Shown: piece by piece, positions 48,759 through 64,000 of the stretch
Numbering within the stretch: the first letter of the stretch is position 1
Layout: each line of letters begins with the position of its first letter
From: Neoechinorhynchus agilis
Lineage: Eukaryota > Animalia > Acanthocephala
Assembly: GCA_051530055.1 (NCBI GenBank)
Contig: CM121342.1
Location: forward strand, 15,515,480 to 15,579,479
Length of the DNA stretch: 64,000 bases
Direction: 5' to 3'
The notes under the pieces: generated by a model
Seen by the model: only the letters and a program-made list of their open reading frames with translations
Database searches by the model: none
What the model was told of the DNA's origin: nothing
Program-made: the position numbers and the translations under genes

Positions 48759-51700
48759 AACAGAAAGCGATAGAGTTTAAATATTTCACGAAAGCAAAAA
48801 TAGAGCCTATGAAAAGGTTAATTTTGTCGCAATCAAGTGAAAAAGTGGAACGCACGAATTGTCATTTGAATCGTTGCGTCGAATGTTTATTTCGACACGA
48901 AAGAAAAAAGGTTAACAGAAAGCGATAGAGTTTAAATATTTCACGAAAGCAAAAATGGAGCCTATGAAAAGGTTAATTTTGTCGCAATCAAGTGAAAAAG
49001 TGGAACGTACGAATTGTCATTTGAATCGTTGCGTCGAATGTTTATCTCGACACAAAAGAAAAAAGTTAACAGAAAGCGATAGAGTTTAAATATTTCACGA
49101 AAGCAAAAATGGAGCCTATGAAAAGGTTAATTTGTCGCAATCAAGTGAAAAAGTGGAACGTACGAATTGTCATTTGAATCGTTGCGTCGAATGTTTATTC
49201 GAACAAAGAAAAAAGGTTAACAGAAAGCGATAGAGTTTAAATATTTCACGAAAGCAAAAATGGAGCCTATGAAAAGGTTAATTTTGTCGCAATCAAGTGA
49301 AAAAGTGGAACGACGAATTGTCATTGAATCGTTGCGTCGAATGTTTATCTCGACACAAAAGAAAAAAGGTTAACAGAAAGCGATAGAGTTTAAATATTTC
49401 ACGAAAGCAAAAATGGAGCCTATGAAAAGGTTAATTTTGTCGCAATCAAGTGAAAAAGTGGAACGCACGAATTGTCATTTGAATCGTTGCGTCGAATGTT
49501 TATTTCGACACGAAAGAAAAAAGGTTAACAGAAAGCGATAGAGTTTAAATATTTCACGAAAGCAAAAATGGAGCCTATGAAAAGGTTAATTTTGTCGCAA
49601 TCAAGTGAAAAAGTGGAACGTAAGAATTGTCATTTGAATCGTTGCGTCGAATGTTTATTTCGACACGAAAGAAAAAAGGTTAACAGAAAGCGATAGAGTT
49701 TAAATATTTCACGAAAGCAAAAATGGAGCCTATGAAAAGGTTAATTTTGTCGCAATCAAGTGAAAAAGTGGAACGTACGAATTGTCATTTGAATCGTTGC
49801 GTCGAATGTTTATTTCGACACGAAAGAAAAAAAGGTTAACAGAAAGCGATAGAGTTTAAATATTTCACGAAAGCAAAAATGGAGCCTATGAAAAGGTTAA
49901 TTTTGTCGCAATCAAGTGAAAAAGTGGAACGTACGAATTGTCATTTGAATCGTTGCGTCGAATGTTTATTTCGACACGAAAGAAAAAAAGGTTAACAGAA
50001 AGCGATAGAGTTTAAATATTTCACGAAAGCAAAAATGGAGCCTATGAAAAGGTTAATTTTGTCGCAATCAAGTGAAAAAGTGGAACGTAAGAATTGTCAT
50101 TTGAATCGTTGCGTCGAATGTTTATTTCGACACGAAAGAAAAAAAGGTTAACAGAAAGCGATAGAGTTTAAATATTTCACGAAAGCAAAAATGGAGCCTA
50201 TGAAAAGGTTAATTTTGTCGCAATCAAGTGAAAAAGTGGAACGTACGAATTGTCATTTGAATCGTTGCGTCGAATGTTTATTTCGACACGAAAGAAAAAA
50301 AGGTTAACAGAAAGCGATAGAGTTTAAATATTTCACGAAAGCAAAAATGGAGCCTATGAAAAGGTTAATTTTGTCGCAATCAAGTGAAAAAGTGGAACGT
50401 ACGAATTGTCATTTGAATCGTTGCGTCGAATGTTTATCTCGACACGAAAGAAAAAAGGTTAACAGAAAGCGATAGAGTTTAAATATTTCACGAAAGCAAA
50501 AATGGAGCCTATGAAAAGGTTAATTTTGTCGCAATCAAGTGAAAAAGTGGAACGTACGAATTGTCATTTGAATCGTTGCGTCGAATGTTTATTTCGACAC
50601 GAAAGAAAAAAGGTTAACAGAAAGCGATGAGTTTAAATATTTCACGAAAGCAAAAATGGAGCCTATGAAAAGGTTAATTTTGTCGCAATCAAGTGAAAAA
50701 GTGGAACGTAAGAATTGTCATTTGAATCGTTGCGTCGAATGTTTATTTCGACACGAAAGAAAAAAAGGTTAACAGAAAGCGATAGAGTTTAAATATTTCA
50801 CGAAAGCAAAAATGGAGCCTATGAAAAGGTTAATTTTGTCGCAATCAAGTGAAAAAGTGGAACGTACGAATTGTCATTTGAATCGTTGCGTCGAATGTTT
50901 ATCTCGACACAAAAGAAAAAAAGGTTAACAGAAAGCGATAGAGTTTAAATATTTCACGAAAGCAAAAATGGAGCCTATGAAAAGGTTAATTTTGTCGCAA
51001 TCAAGTGAAAAAGTGGAACGCACGAATTGTCATTTGAATCGTTGCGTCGAATGTTTATTTCGACACGAAAGAAAAAAAGGTTAACAGAAAGCGATAGAGT
51101 TTAAATATTTCACGAAAGCAAAAATGGAGCCTATGAAAAGGTTAATTTTGTCGCAATCAAGTGAAAAAGTGGAACGTACGAATTGTCATTTGAATCGTTG
51201 CGTCGAATGTTTATTTCGACACGAAAGAAAAAAGGTTAACAGAAAGCGATAGTTTAAATATTTCACGAAAGCAAAAATGGAGCCTATGAAAAGGTTAATT
51301 TTGTCGCAATCAAGTGAAAAAGTGGAACGTACGAATTGTCATTTGAATCGTTGCGTCGAATGTTTATCTCGATACAAAAGAAAAAAAGGTTAACAGAAAG
51401 CGATAGAGTTTAAATATTTCACGAAAGCAAAAATGGAGCCTATGAAAAGGTTAATTTTGTCGCAATCAAGTGAAAAAGTGGAACGCACGAATTGTCATTT
51501 GAATCGTTGCGTCGAATGTTTATTTCGACACGAAAGAAAAAAAGGTTAACAGAAAGCGATAGAGTTTAAATATTTCACGAAAGCAAAAATGGAGCCTATG
51601 AAAAGGTTAATTTTGTCGCAATCAAGTGAAAAAGTGGAACGTACGAATTGTCATTTGAATCGTTGCGTCGAATGTTTATTTCGACACGAAAGAAAAAAAG

Positions 51701-51922
51701 GTTAACAGAAAGCGATAGTTTGAAAATTTCACGAAAGCAAAAATGGAGCCTATGAAAAGGTTAATTTTGTCGCAATCAAGTGAAAAAGTGGAACGTAAGA
51801 ATTGTCATTTGAATCGTTGCGTCGAATGTTTATTTCGACACGAAAGAAAAAAAGGTTAACAGAAAGCGATAGAGTTTGAAAATTTCACGAAAACAAAAAT
51901 GGAGCTTTTGAAAAGGTTAATT
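48759..51922. repeat. About 155-bp satellite, about 20.4 near-identical copies
   Basis: Unit AACAGAAAGCGATAGAGTTTAAATATTTCACG...CGTCGAATGTTTATTTCGACACGAAAGAAAAAAAGGTT. First at 48759, last at 51858. Variation is mostly homopolymer length and a few SNPs. Confidence 0.97.
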
Positions 51923-51989
51923 ACGCTTCCTTCTGCACGACAATCAATGCCATACTCTTCATATCTCATAGGTTCTCTGCAAAAGCAAT

Positions 51990-52735
51990 ATCTGGAATTT
52001 ATCGCTGTTCATTTCTCAGGTGCGCCCTCCTGTTTTTCACCCTGAGTCCTCACTATGTCAACTAGATTACACGACGGATCTCATAAACTCCACAAATTCG
52101 CACCATTTCTTAATTGTAGGAGACTTCAATAATCTATTTCCTCTTCTACCCTTTTCCGAATTGCGTCAACTAGTTGACTTCCCAACAAGTATGATGTTCA
52201 TCTCAACAAAGTGTTCACAAATATCGACGCCTACTCATCCACCTCTAGTCTCCCTCCCCCTTCGAACTCTTATCACACTTCTGCCCTTTTTACTCCCTCC
52301 AACCCACCTCAGCGTATAAAATCTCCTTAATTCTAACACCCGCACATTCCACTCTGACAACACAAATGACCCTTCCTTGGCCATTTCCTCCCTAACCTCA
52401 ATCATAAAATATTACCTAGCTTGAACAATACCCAAGAAAATCATTAGGATCTCCAACCGCGATCCTCCCTTCAAAATCAAACATCCACTGTCCAACGCAA
52501 TGAATCTCCTGTCTTTCCCCGTTTACAAAAAGCACTAACCTACAAAATACTTGTTGCTCGCAAAAACTTCTTTTCCTCCCAAATTCGATTAAGTGGAAAC
52601 TCACGCAACCTTGATCCCTTCCCCGAACTCATAGACCCTCTTACCCGTATTATAAATCACACCTTTTTAAGTGGGATCTACCCCTTATGCTTGAACACTG
52701 CTAAAGTGATCCTTCTTCCGAAATATGGACATTCG
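51990..52735 (+). mobile_element. Degenerate CR1/L2-like LINE fragments (APE and RT start)
   Basis: FLIVGDFN APE motif and ELIDPLTRIINHTFLSGIYP...AKVILLPK RT-start motif. Pyrimidine-rich coding strand with many stops. Confidence 0.65.
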
Positions 52736-52739
52736 ATTT

Positions 52740-54630
52740 CCACCCGGTTCGATTGAGAATATACGGTTGGGTTGGAAGGTCTGTTCTGGTGGGAATTGGT
52801 GTTTATTGCTTGTAGGAGCGCTTGTAAGGTTGATCTTTCCTCAGAATCATTTCAGGTTATGATATTCGAGAAGATTGGGTAGCATGGAGAAAGGAACTTA
52901 GGTATAGGGAGGAGCGAGGTATAGAAGGATGAAACGAATTAGGATTACGAAAGTTGTGCCCGTGTTAAAAGGGGGCGATATGTGGAATAAATTGTGGTGG
53001 TAGGGTTGATAGGCGTTTGGATTGTTTTATGAAAATAGCATCAAGGCATTCGGTGATAAGGGGAAAGTCAGCAGTGCAAATTTTAGATGCTCTTTTATGA
53101 AGAATTTCACGACGGCGGATTTGAGATTTGGAAAGGTTGCGAAATACGGGATAACCGTAGGCGAGGGATGGTAATATAAAGCCGAAGTAAAATTTGTAGA
53201 GATCGGGTTAAGGGATTCCTAAATGTCGGAGGTGTTTGAGGAGATAAATTTTAAAGGTGTTGTGCTTGAGGGAGAGAGTGATGTGCGAGTCCAATTTCAA
53301 ATTTGATTGCAATTAAATACCCAGAATACCTAGGGAGGTTACTCGTTGGATGTCATTTAGAAGCTCAGGGGATAATGTGGGGTTGCGGGAGAGAGGAAAT
53401 CATTTCGAAGCGTTTAGAGAAATTGAGATGGAGTTTGTGATTGATGTAGAAATCTTTTATGTGTGTGATTTCTTTAGAGGTTAAAGAAAGGGAGAGGTGG
53501 GGAATGGGTGATGCGGGTGATATCGTCGACGTATAAGAAGAGTTTAGAGTGAGAGGAGAGAGGTTTGAGGTTGTTTAGAAAAATATTGAAGCGAAGTGGT
53601 GACAGAACAGCACCTTGAGGTACGTCTTTGGTGAGGGATAGGCTGATAGAATAGGTAGAACGGCAGTGAATGTATTGTTTGCGATTGTGAAGATAAGATT
53701 CGAGCCAGCGGATCTGCCACAAGTTGAGACCAAAATCGGAGAAGGAGTGAATGGTCCACTGAGTCGAAAACTTTAGATAAATCAAGTTGAATGAGACGGG
53801 TGACATGGGAGGGATTATTGTCGAGGTTAAGTAGGAACGTAACATAAATGCAAAGTAGGGCATCGGTTGGAGAAAATCTGGGTCGGAAGCCAAATTGTAG
53901 GGGCGATAACTCTTTGTGGAGAAGTGAAAGAAAGCGAGATTAAAAACATTTTTCGATGATTTTTGAAAGAGCGGGTAAAATGGAAATTGGACGGAATGAT
54001 TTGGCCGAAATAGGATGCCCTCTTTTTGGAACGAGTATAACTCTGGCAGTTTTCAAGCAAGAGGGGTAGATGCCGTATAAAAAGCTGAGGTTTATAATGT
54101 GGGTAAGAGGGCCGAGAAGTTCGGGGATGATTCAGCGAAGAGCCTAGTTTGGGATTTCAGATTGAGAGGACGAATTTCGAGGCAATTTCTTGAGATACTG
54201 TAGTACTTCATATGCTGAAACTAAGGAAATTCTCGTCAAGTTGACAAAAGTTTCAGTGTGGTGACTGGTGAGGAGCAGTGATTATAAATTGACTCAGGGC
54301 AGAGGTTCTGATTAATGGAATATAGAACCTGTTTTAATTCAGTGAAGGACAAATTAGGGAAGGGATCCGGGTGGCGTAGACCAAGAGAGTCCTTGACGGC
54401 CTGAGACCATTTTCAGTTGCCACCTGATCGAATTGTAGAGGAAGGGAAGTTTTTACGGGCGATAAGTATTTTGTCAGTTAGTGCTTTTTATAAATGGGGA
54501 AAGTCTGGGGAGTTAGTGCGATGGGCCTTAGAAGCTTGCCTTTGTAGAAGTTTCAGAATGGGGATTATCCCTTCAATGTTCAAGAAGAAGAAATTTATTC
54601 GAAAAAGGTACATGGTGGATAGAAAATTGA
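52740..54630 (-). mobile_element. Degenerate CR1/L2/Jockey-like LINE RT
   Basis: ORF 53474-53893: WLESYLHNRKQY...VPQGAVLSPLRFNIFLNNL...LYVDD. Flanking frameshifted RT remnants. Confidence 0.8.
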
Positions 54631-54639
54631 GGTGAGTCG

Positions 54640-57600
54640 GACTACGTATTATCTTGCCCTATCCATTTGCTTGATTTGGCAGCCCAGTCGGAGGAGTTTT
54701 TCCACGTCGTGCAGCGGAATTTCTGGCGGAGTTCAGGCGGCCGTCCTCTAGAGTAGAAGGCTATGCCAGATATTGCCCGGGAGTTCCATATAGTTCTGGT
54801 TGCTTTCACGCTAAGCCCATTGGCAATTCTTAAATTTCTTTTCAATTTAGCCAGATCTAGTGTGATCGACAGATTAGTGGTCAGCGTATATCGGAGAACT
54901 AAAATCCTTTTGTAAAATGATAATACGTCCATGTGAAAAAATCCTTGACAAAATCGATGATCTTCCTCTTACTTAACGTTGAGGTAGATTTTATTAGAAA
55001 TTTTGTTTTTTATGACTCAAGGAAAGATCCATTGAGGAGGGTAGGATTGAAGAAAATTCATCACCGTGTTTAGTTTCGATCGTACCATTAGATAATTGGC
55101 TTCCTTAGTGACCATCGTCAGATCATCCGCATACATTGTAATCGAACGACACATCGAGCAATTACGAATTCGGTATTGAGTGGCGATACCAAAGAGGAGT
55201 GGGGGATAAAGGAGGCCCTTGAGTTACACCTTTCACCTGAAAGTAATGTTTTTGCAACGGATCATCTTGAAAATAGGAAAATTTGTTCACACGGGCAATA
55301 AAATTATAGGGGAGATTGAAGCATTTTAGGATGTCGATAATGGAGTCGATGCTTATCCTATGAAATGCTTTCGAGATGTCAAAGGACACCAGGATATTCA
55401 TTGATTTCCTCTTCATGCCAAAATTGTCGATGATTTCGGTCATGGCTGAGTGATCGGATTTGTGTGGCATGAAGCCGTGGCAGCGTTCATCGATTATGCG
55501 GTGTTCACAGCAGAAGGCCAGAATCCTTTTCGCCAAAACTGTCTCATAGATCGAAACGAGAGAGTTTTAAATGTAAATTGGATGCACATCGCCCGCTGCT
55601 CTTCAGGGGAGGTTTGCAGCATCCATTGTGGGATAATGGTCAACAAGGTGAAAAACCGTTGTTTAAGGCTAAATTTTTGGAACCCCACCACTTGATGAAA
55701 TCTTCCCATCTCAAGTCCATTCTCCGAGCCTTCAGACTCATGAAAGTAACGTTAGAGCGAGTAGTGACCGCGTCGTTGGCAGATTTCCCCCGTGAGACAA
55801 ATGTTTTACTGGCGGCTTGCTTCCACCAGGCAGAAGAGTCTCGTGAATAAATGTTATATCACTACTGAAAGCGATCTGGGCTAGTCTGAACAACCCTAAC
55901 CCACCTCCAGAATTCCACTGCACAAATTTCAAGTCCATGTTGAATGTCCCTTAATGAGGTTGTGCCCACCTTTAGCACAAAACTCCTTCTGCTCCTCGAT
56001 TATCTGAGCCACGAAATCGCTACAATCCTTAGGGTTACTCCCATCAGACAAGTCGACCTCTATCAACTTCGGCGGAGATAAGCAACCCCGTTTTACCGAT
56101 ACCTGTTTGAGTGACGGAATAGATGGCACAATCCGCTGTACACCCTGAGTCACCGAAGTCGTCAGGGCATCGAGCTGCCTCGTCAACCTTGCGTCCACGC
56201 CTTTGATCGCCATATTTATTCTCAACTCCGCACCCTTGAAACTTGAGCTCCATCGCACCTTTCATGTCATATTTATTGGGTACTCGAATTTTGTCCGGCG
56301 TAATAGTAACCGGAAACGCCTCAGTTCTCTTCGATCGAGGTATAGAGGATGACGCCAATCCAACCGCATTTCTTGTACTTGCTTTTGCGTCCAATGGATA
56401 TAGTCCTTAAATGCAATGCATGATTTGGTGAACGCGCAGTGACCTTCGTGTCCGCAGTTCGCACATTTATGGAACCTCTCCTTACATGTAGAATTGTGGT
56501 GGTCACTGCCACAATAAGCGCATATCAACAGTTTTGTCGGAAGTTTTTGTTCGCAGTGCCACCCCTCGGGAAATGGTAATCGTCTTGACGGGATATGTCG
56601 TTCGCCGAAAATTTTATTTCCATAGATTTTTTTTAAATTAATAATCTTTTTATTGTTTCTTTTAAAGGACAATTTTAGATTAAATCGTCCCCCGGACGCT
56701 GACCGCATTTCCTCGTTGGATTGCGAGGCTTATTCTTTGGATCAGGAAAATCCTCTCGCGTCGCTCCCCTGTTTGTGCTGCAAGTCGTCTTCCGAGTTCG
56801 GCGCAAAAGCTTCGTGCCGAAGATCCCAGCGTCCCTTGTGTTTCCACGCCGAAAGAAAGGAAAATGTAATTTTGTTTGAGCTCACTATTTCTCCGCTTTC
56901 CTCCTTTCGGCGGCACTCGCTGTTCCTTCCGTCTCCGCTAAAGCATCTTGCCGGTTGGGCAGGGCGAGTGAGTCCACGCATGTTGCGTCCCAAATTAGAC
57001 TCTTCCCTTCTTTCCAAGGGAAAACGGTCATACCGTCGGGACGCTTACTATCCGAGCGACAGAGGTGATTGGGCTCCAGGATGGTTGGAACGTGGATCGA
57101 GTTCAGAGCTCTGCTAATGATCGCGTTGAGCTCTGCGTGCCTTGGGAAGCGACCGCTCGATCTCTTGCAGTAGAGTCCATGTCTCCCGAGCACGTCAACT
57201 TTTATTCCACATCGGCACTGGTGTGGGGCACAAGTTGGAAGTCCTAAACGTAGAGCGACGACTATTCGAACTGTCTCGTCGTCCAGCAAAGTTCCCAAAG
57301 TACCAATTGGCAAAACGTTCAACCATGCGCCTGACTCCTTCGAGTAACTGGCCACAAGTCTAGCTTGAGACATCTCGTTCATCTGGCCTTTTAGTTTGTT
57401 GTGAGCCGTCAGGATTAAGGGTTTATCCCAAGCAGATTGTTCGTGCACGTTGGTTGGAGCTTGTTGCAGACCGGTCTGCGAGAGCCATGATGTGAACCCC
57501 TGTTTCAATAGTTTGCATGGCTTCGGCATTCTGTTTAAAAGAATTTCCCCCTGTAATTCCTCCGTCTTGTGCATCGAGGATACGAATGCCGGAAGGGCCA

Positions 57601-59220
57601 AACCAGCCACACTTCGTAAGCATAAACCTCCGTATTTGATCGGAAGGGCAGCTTGTTGCCAAGCTTCATCAGTGATGGCGCAGTTTGTTAGTTACCTTCT
57701 CAAGATGCTTTTTCATCAAACCATCTAAGTCAAGGAGACGTTTGGTGTGTCCGAAGTACGGGGCTGCTCTCATCTTGAACATAAGCCTCGGTATGTATAG
57801 GCAGTTTCTCACCAAGAAGAGAGCTTCGTGTGCATTCAATTCTTGAATGCGGGAGCACAACAGATCCAGTTTAGGAAGCTCTTCTTCTATCTCGCGATCT
57901 ATGTTCGCGTCCAGGACGCAACTGCCGCGAAGAGTGAAGCTTTGCCGGTTGATTAATCGGATTTCTGGGGCAACGGATTCGAAGGACTGCATTATATCCG
58001 CCATGCGAGAATGTGAAATATTTAGTGGCAATAGTTCACACTTCGCGGGGTTGACACGTAAGCCCAATTCCGCAGCAGAAACAAGCAGGGATTGCAGGTC
58101 TTCTAGAACCGTCTTTTGGTCACCGCCCAATGTCGCGTCATCCAAGTACCAGACGTTCAAACTTGCCTTGAGCTTACGAGATATTCCATTGGTTGTTAAG
58201 GAAAATCCTATGGGGCCGAGAGGATCGCCTTGTTGCAGGCCTGTTTCGGACCAAATGGTGTGCTCGTTGAAATGTAGAGGTGTCTTAGAACCATACGCCT
58301 TCACAAAGCATCGATTAAGGACTAACTCGTTCCTTGTTTCCGCCAATGCCTTAACAACTGCTCTTGGTATTGGCTTATTGGTTTGTTTGGATTTCAACCA
58401 AAATAAAATCTTACAGTTGAACTTTCCTTCAAATTCCTTTATGTCATCTTTATCCATACCAGGTGAGATGCCCGACACAAGGAAGCTTGACAGGTATCCC
58501 GATTTCGAGAAGGTTACGTCTGGAAGGTATCCTAGGCTTTTGAAGAAACCCGCAAAAGCATGAAGGAATCTTGCATTAACAAAATGAACCTTCAATATCC
58601 CGCCGAAATAGGACATAGCGCGTTGAGTTTTGTCATTTGCCGTTTTCAGCCATGGGCTGAGGTACTTTTTATGTAGTTGATCCCTTGGCAGGACAAGGTT
58701 TGATTCAATGACCGCCGAGTATGGCCAACGTGGCCTTGGCAAATCTTAGTATTTTATAGATTCCATGGGTTGTTATCCCTTAATTTAGTTTGTATTTTGA
58801 GCAAGTAATTGCTCTTTCATTGCAAAGGTGATTTGGATTTTTATAACATTGAGCGGTCGTTTGCCACCCTCCTTTATTTATTTATTTATCATCAAGGCCT
58901 CATACACTTGTTGGTCTGTGGCATCTTCTTTTGAGAGTTTCGGCTATATTCCTTTGGAGTCTTTTCGGCTGACTTGCACACAACGGAGGCGCTTAGCCGC
59001 ACTCGAAGGAACAGGGCCAACCCCCTTTGGGGCCGATGGGCAATCTCAAACCTGACCCCACCCCTTCCAGCAGCCTCGCACACCCGTGGAACCCAGCGAC
59101 CGGTGGCGTTGAACCAGCGACATATCAAGTGCATTATGAACGCGCACACCACACGGCCACTGGGTCCCACCCTCCTTTGCAACAACGGGTTGCGAAAACA
59201 TTGCGAATGTTCAAGCCAAT
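54640..59220 (-). mobile_element. Degenerate I/Jockey/R1-group LINE (GC-rich 5'UTR, ORF1 with zinc knuckles, APE, RT), interrupted by a CRE-like element
   Basis: ORF1 N-half 58742-58320 and C-half 56630-56262 (CAYCGSDH..C, CANCGHEGHCAFTKSC). APE start MDLKFVQWNSGG...HET at 55938. RT SFDISKAF...GVTQGPPLSP at 55162-55536. C-terminal remnant at 54642-54932. Confidence 0.75.
56630..58315 (-). mobile_element. 5'-truncated CRE-clade (RLE) non-LTR retrotransposon
   Basis: RT GLQQGDPLGP...WYLDD, GLALP, CCHC motif CRCG...HGLYC, RLE RHAELN...RPDG...WDATC, C-terminal QRISLAIQRGNA, then AATAAA and an A-rich tail. Confidence 0.88.
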
Positions 59221-59537
59221 AGTTTAATAGTTAAATGTTCTTGATCTACGTTACGCATATTAAGCGGTTTCGAAAATACACTTTTATGTTTTAAATGCTG
59301 TACAATTTTTCCAATTCGTAACACAATGCACGTTCAATTTTGTTTAAAAATCGAGTGAAGCTGCTGGTAGACAAGGTGTCATCTATAAAAGAGTTGCTTG
59401 TGTGATTTCAAACGTTCGAGCGTTCTGCCTATTAATTGCACTTTCGATTCCGTTTTTATAGGACGCAACGAACTCAACCCTGAAAAATTGTCCTTAAAAA
59501 GCTTTTTTTCTTGTTTGAATCTGGTTAACAGATCCCT

Positions 59538-60074
59538 TCATGGTTGAAAGTTGCTTGAAATTCCCGATTCCGACCGTGAAAACGGGTATTGCACTCCTCC
59601 TCCTTGAAAAGGAGGTGGTTGATGGAAGCCGCCGCCTTGTGCCGGCATAAAATGTTGTCCACCACCACCCGGCATAAATCCTCCACCAGGATGTCCACCA
59701 CCGCCACCCGGCATAAATCCTCCACCTAAATGTCCACCACCGCCACCCGGCATAAATCCTCCACCTTGTCCGTGTCCCGGTGGGACACATACCGTTTGAT
59801 TCATATATTGAGGTGGTTCTTCGGGCATCATAACAACCTTTTTCCTTATGACGGGAGGAGGACAAGACGGTTGCTCAACGATTTCATGAACGATTCGTCT
59901 TGGTGGTCTTACAAAGATGACCTGTTCGATTGTGTTTGGAGGTGGTGTGGGCAATCTCCTCCTTTGAACGACGTGCTGAGGAGGTGGCTCCGGTGCATAG
60001 ACGTTTTGCCGATAAACGTGTCCTCCACAATCATTTGGATTGGCGCATCCACCGTTCGGTTGTCCTGGATACAT
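59538..60074 (-). CDS. Pro/Gly-rich low-complexity protein with three 11-aa GGGFMPGGGG repeats
   Basis: Clean 178-aa intronless ORF with a 33-nt tandem repeat at about 59660-59765 and an RRLPTPPP...IEQVIFVRPP...EQPSCPPP segment. Confidence 0.7.
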   Translation of the reverse strand: MYPGQPNGGCANPNDCGGHVYRQNVYAPEPPPQHVVQRRRLPTPPPNTIEQVIFVRPPRRIVHEIVEQPSCPPPVIRKKVVMMPEEPPQYMNQTVCVPPGHGQGGGFMPGGGGGHLGGGFMPGGGGGHPGGGFMPGGGGQHFMPAQGGGFHQPPPFQGGGVQYPFSRSESGISSNFQP

Positions 60075-60434
60075 GTTGGTCTAGATTCCTTGAATGGTTG
60101 TGGGAGTAAAAACAACTTTTGCGGGAACAAGATTCACAGTTTCTCTCGCTTTTTTTGGCTTTAAAGTACGAAGGTGTTAGTGGGTTAACGAACAGTCATC
60201 GTTATATTCTTTACCAAAAATGCAGAACAAGAGTGAGGATGTCGCTTAATCATTTTCGATGAAGTCTCTTGTTGTAGGACCTTTTGATTCAAAGTCTATT
60301 AAGAGCTTGTTTTTCTTAGTATGAGTTTGACTTTTCGATTGATTCCTTTTGTTTATGAACGATCGCTTTAGACACAGTCTGATTCAAATACGGCTTCAAC
60401 AGAAATTCAAAGAATCGTAATTGTTTTTAGTTTT

Positions 60435-63009
<2,575 letters not shown>

Positions 63010-63687
63010 GCCGATTGCTTGAAATCAAATTTTTTGTTTATTCAGATTCATTAAGGTTGAGGACTACCTAACAGAGCTGATAATTGTGTCTTTGATACCG
63101 AGGTTAATAACGCTGCAACTATCAATAAATTAGAGCTGATAATAAAAACACGTTCATTTGTTTGTACCTTTATGTCATCATGAACATTCGAGTTCTGATA
63201 GGTTAAATGAATGTCGTTGTTGATTTTGGAGTGTGGATTACGGATCCATTCTGGTTGTAATTGGTGGTTATCGTTTGCAGGAGAGCTTGGGTTTTCTCTG
63301 ATCCGGTAAGACCTTCGCCGCTGTGATCAACAATTAGCGGAAGACCCACTTCGGCGATCGCTGCAACCGTAAATCCTCACCATCGTCTTAATTTCATTCC
63401 GGATGTGGGATTACACGGCAAGATCTCAGTGAGATCCTCATTCCTTGCTATTTTATGTATGGAAGGCAATATAATAAATCAAGATAAAACTAGGATATTC
63501 CCTTTAAACAGTGCCCCAATTTCTGATTACGTTTGGTCCCACTCAAGAACACACGGACGAATTAAAGACGATGGATCAGCGATCTTGATTTTTAGCGAAG
63601 TTCTAAGAAACCAAATCTAACGATTTAATGTACGAAAGAAGTTGTTAGATTTGATCTTAAAAGTAAGGGGAAACATTAAAAAGAACG

Positions 63688-63981
63688 ATGAGCAGCAATT
63701 ACCTTGAGAACTATAAAGATCGGAGTGTGTTGGTTTTAACCAATGAAGGTCGAATTCTGGTCGGAACATTTCGCGGGTACGATCAGACGACGAATATTGT
63801 ATTGTCTGATTCCTACGAGAGAGTATTTAGTCCTGATGAAGGAGTTGAACAGGTTCAATTGGGAACGTACTTGGTTCGTGGTGACTGCGTTGCACTGATT
63901 GGCGATATTGATGAAAGTTTGGATTCAAAAATTGATTGGCTCCAAGTTCGAGCACCGCCGATCGATCATGCCAAGACCTAA
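63688..63981 (+). CDS. LSM8: U6 snRNA-associated Sm-like protein LSm8
   Basis: LENY.DRSVLVLTNEGRILVGTFRGYDQTTNIVLSDSYERVFS.DEGVEQVQLGTYLVRGDCVALIGDIDE...RAPP. Confidence 0.95.
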   Translation: MSSNYLENYKDRSVLVLTNEGRILVGTFRGYDQTTNIVLSDSYERVFSPDEGVEQVQLGTYLVRGDCVALIGDIDESLDSKIDWLQVRAPPIDHAKT

Positions 63982-64000
63982 AAACATGCGCTTCTTTGTA

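Noticed and set aside
48759-51922. 155-bp array as a CRISPR array
   Set aside because: Units are identical along their whole length with no unique spacers, there are no cas genes, and the context is eukaryotic.
48759-51922. 155-bp unit as a spliced-leader RNA gene array (AATTTTG Sm-like site, AG|GT)
   Set aside because: The Sm-like motif directly follows the putative donor with no intervening stem-loops, and no matching leader was seen at gene starts. It is too weak in AT-rich DNA.
58950-59220. HDV-like ribozyme in the GC-rich LINE 5'UTR
   Set aside because: A GCUAA segment is present, but I could not build consistent P1, P1.1, P3 and L3 elements by eye.

Overview
This is eukaryotic DNA from an invertebrate animal with a compact, AT-rich, intron-poor genome; the taxon cannot be determined from sequence alone. 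Host genes: two near-identical copies of a trefoil-GH31 glucosidase-like gene with a degenerate active site, MRPL49, an LRR protein, HEATR1/UTP10, a secreted Ly6/three-finger protein, an AANAT-like GNAT, FAD synthase, EMC2, a CD39-like NTPDase, SRPK, an intronless PIWI, a Gly/Pro-rich protein and LSm8. Mobile and repetitive DNA: an RTE retrotransposon starting at a twister ribozyme cleavage site, Penelope-like elements and palindromes carrying hammerhead motifs, a tRNA-derived SINE, foldback repeats, a 155-bp satellite just upstream of piwi, and about 11 kb of nested, mostly minus-strand LINE and CRE relics. The main observation is that several conserved genes (SRPK, FAD synthase, NTPDase, HEATR1, probably the GNAT) are interrupted by unrelated 50-480 nt inserts. 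Their ends pair into 11-16 bp stems, and no GT-AG pair restores the conserved protein. This suggests a class of hairpin-defined non-canonical introns, or DNA-level excised elements. All folds and alignments were done by eye and need computational and RNA confirmation.
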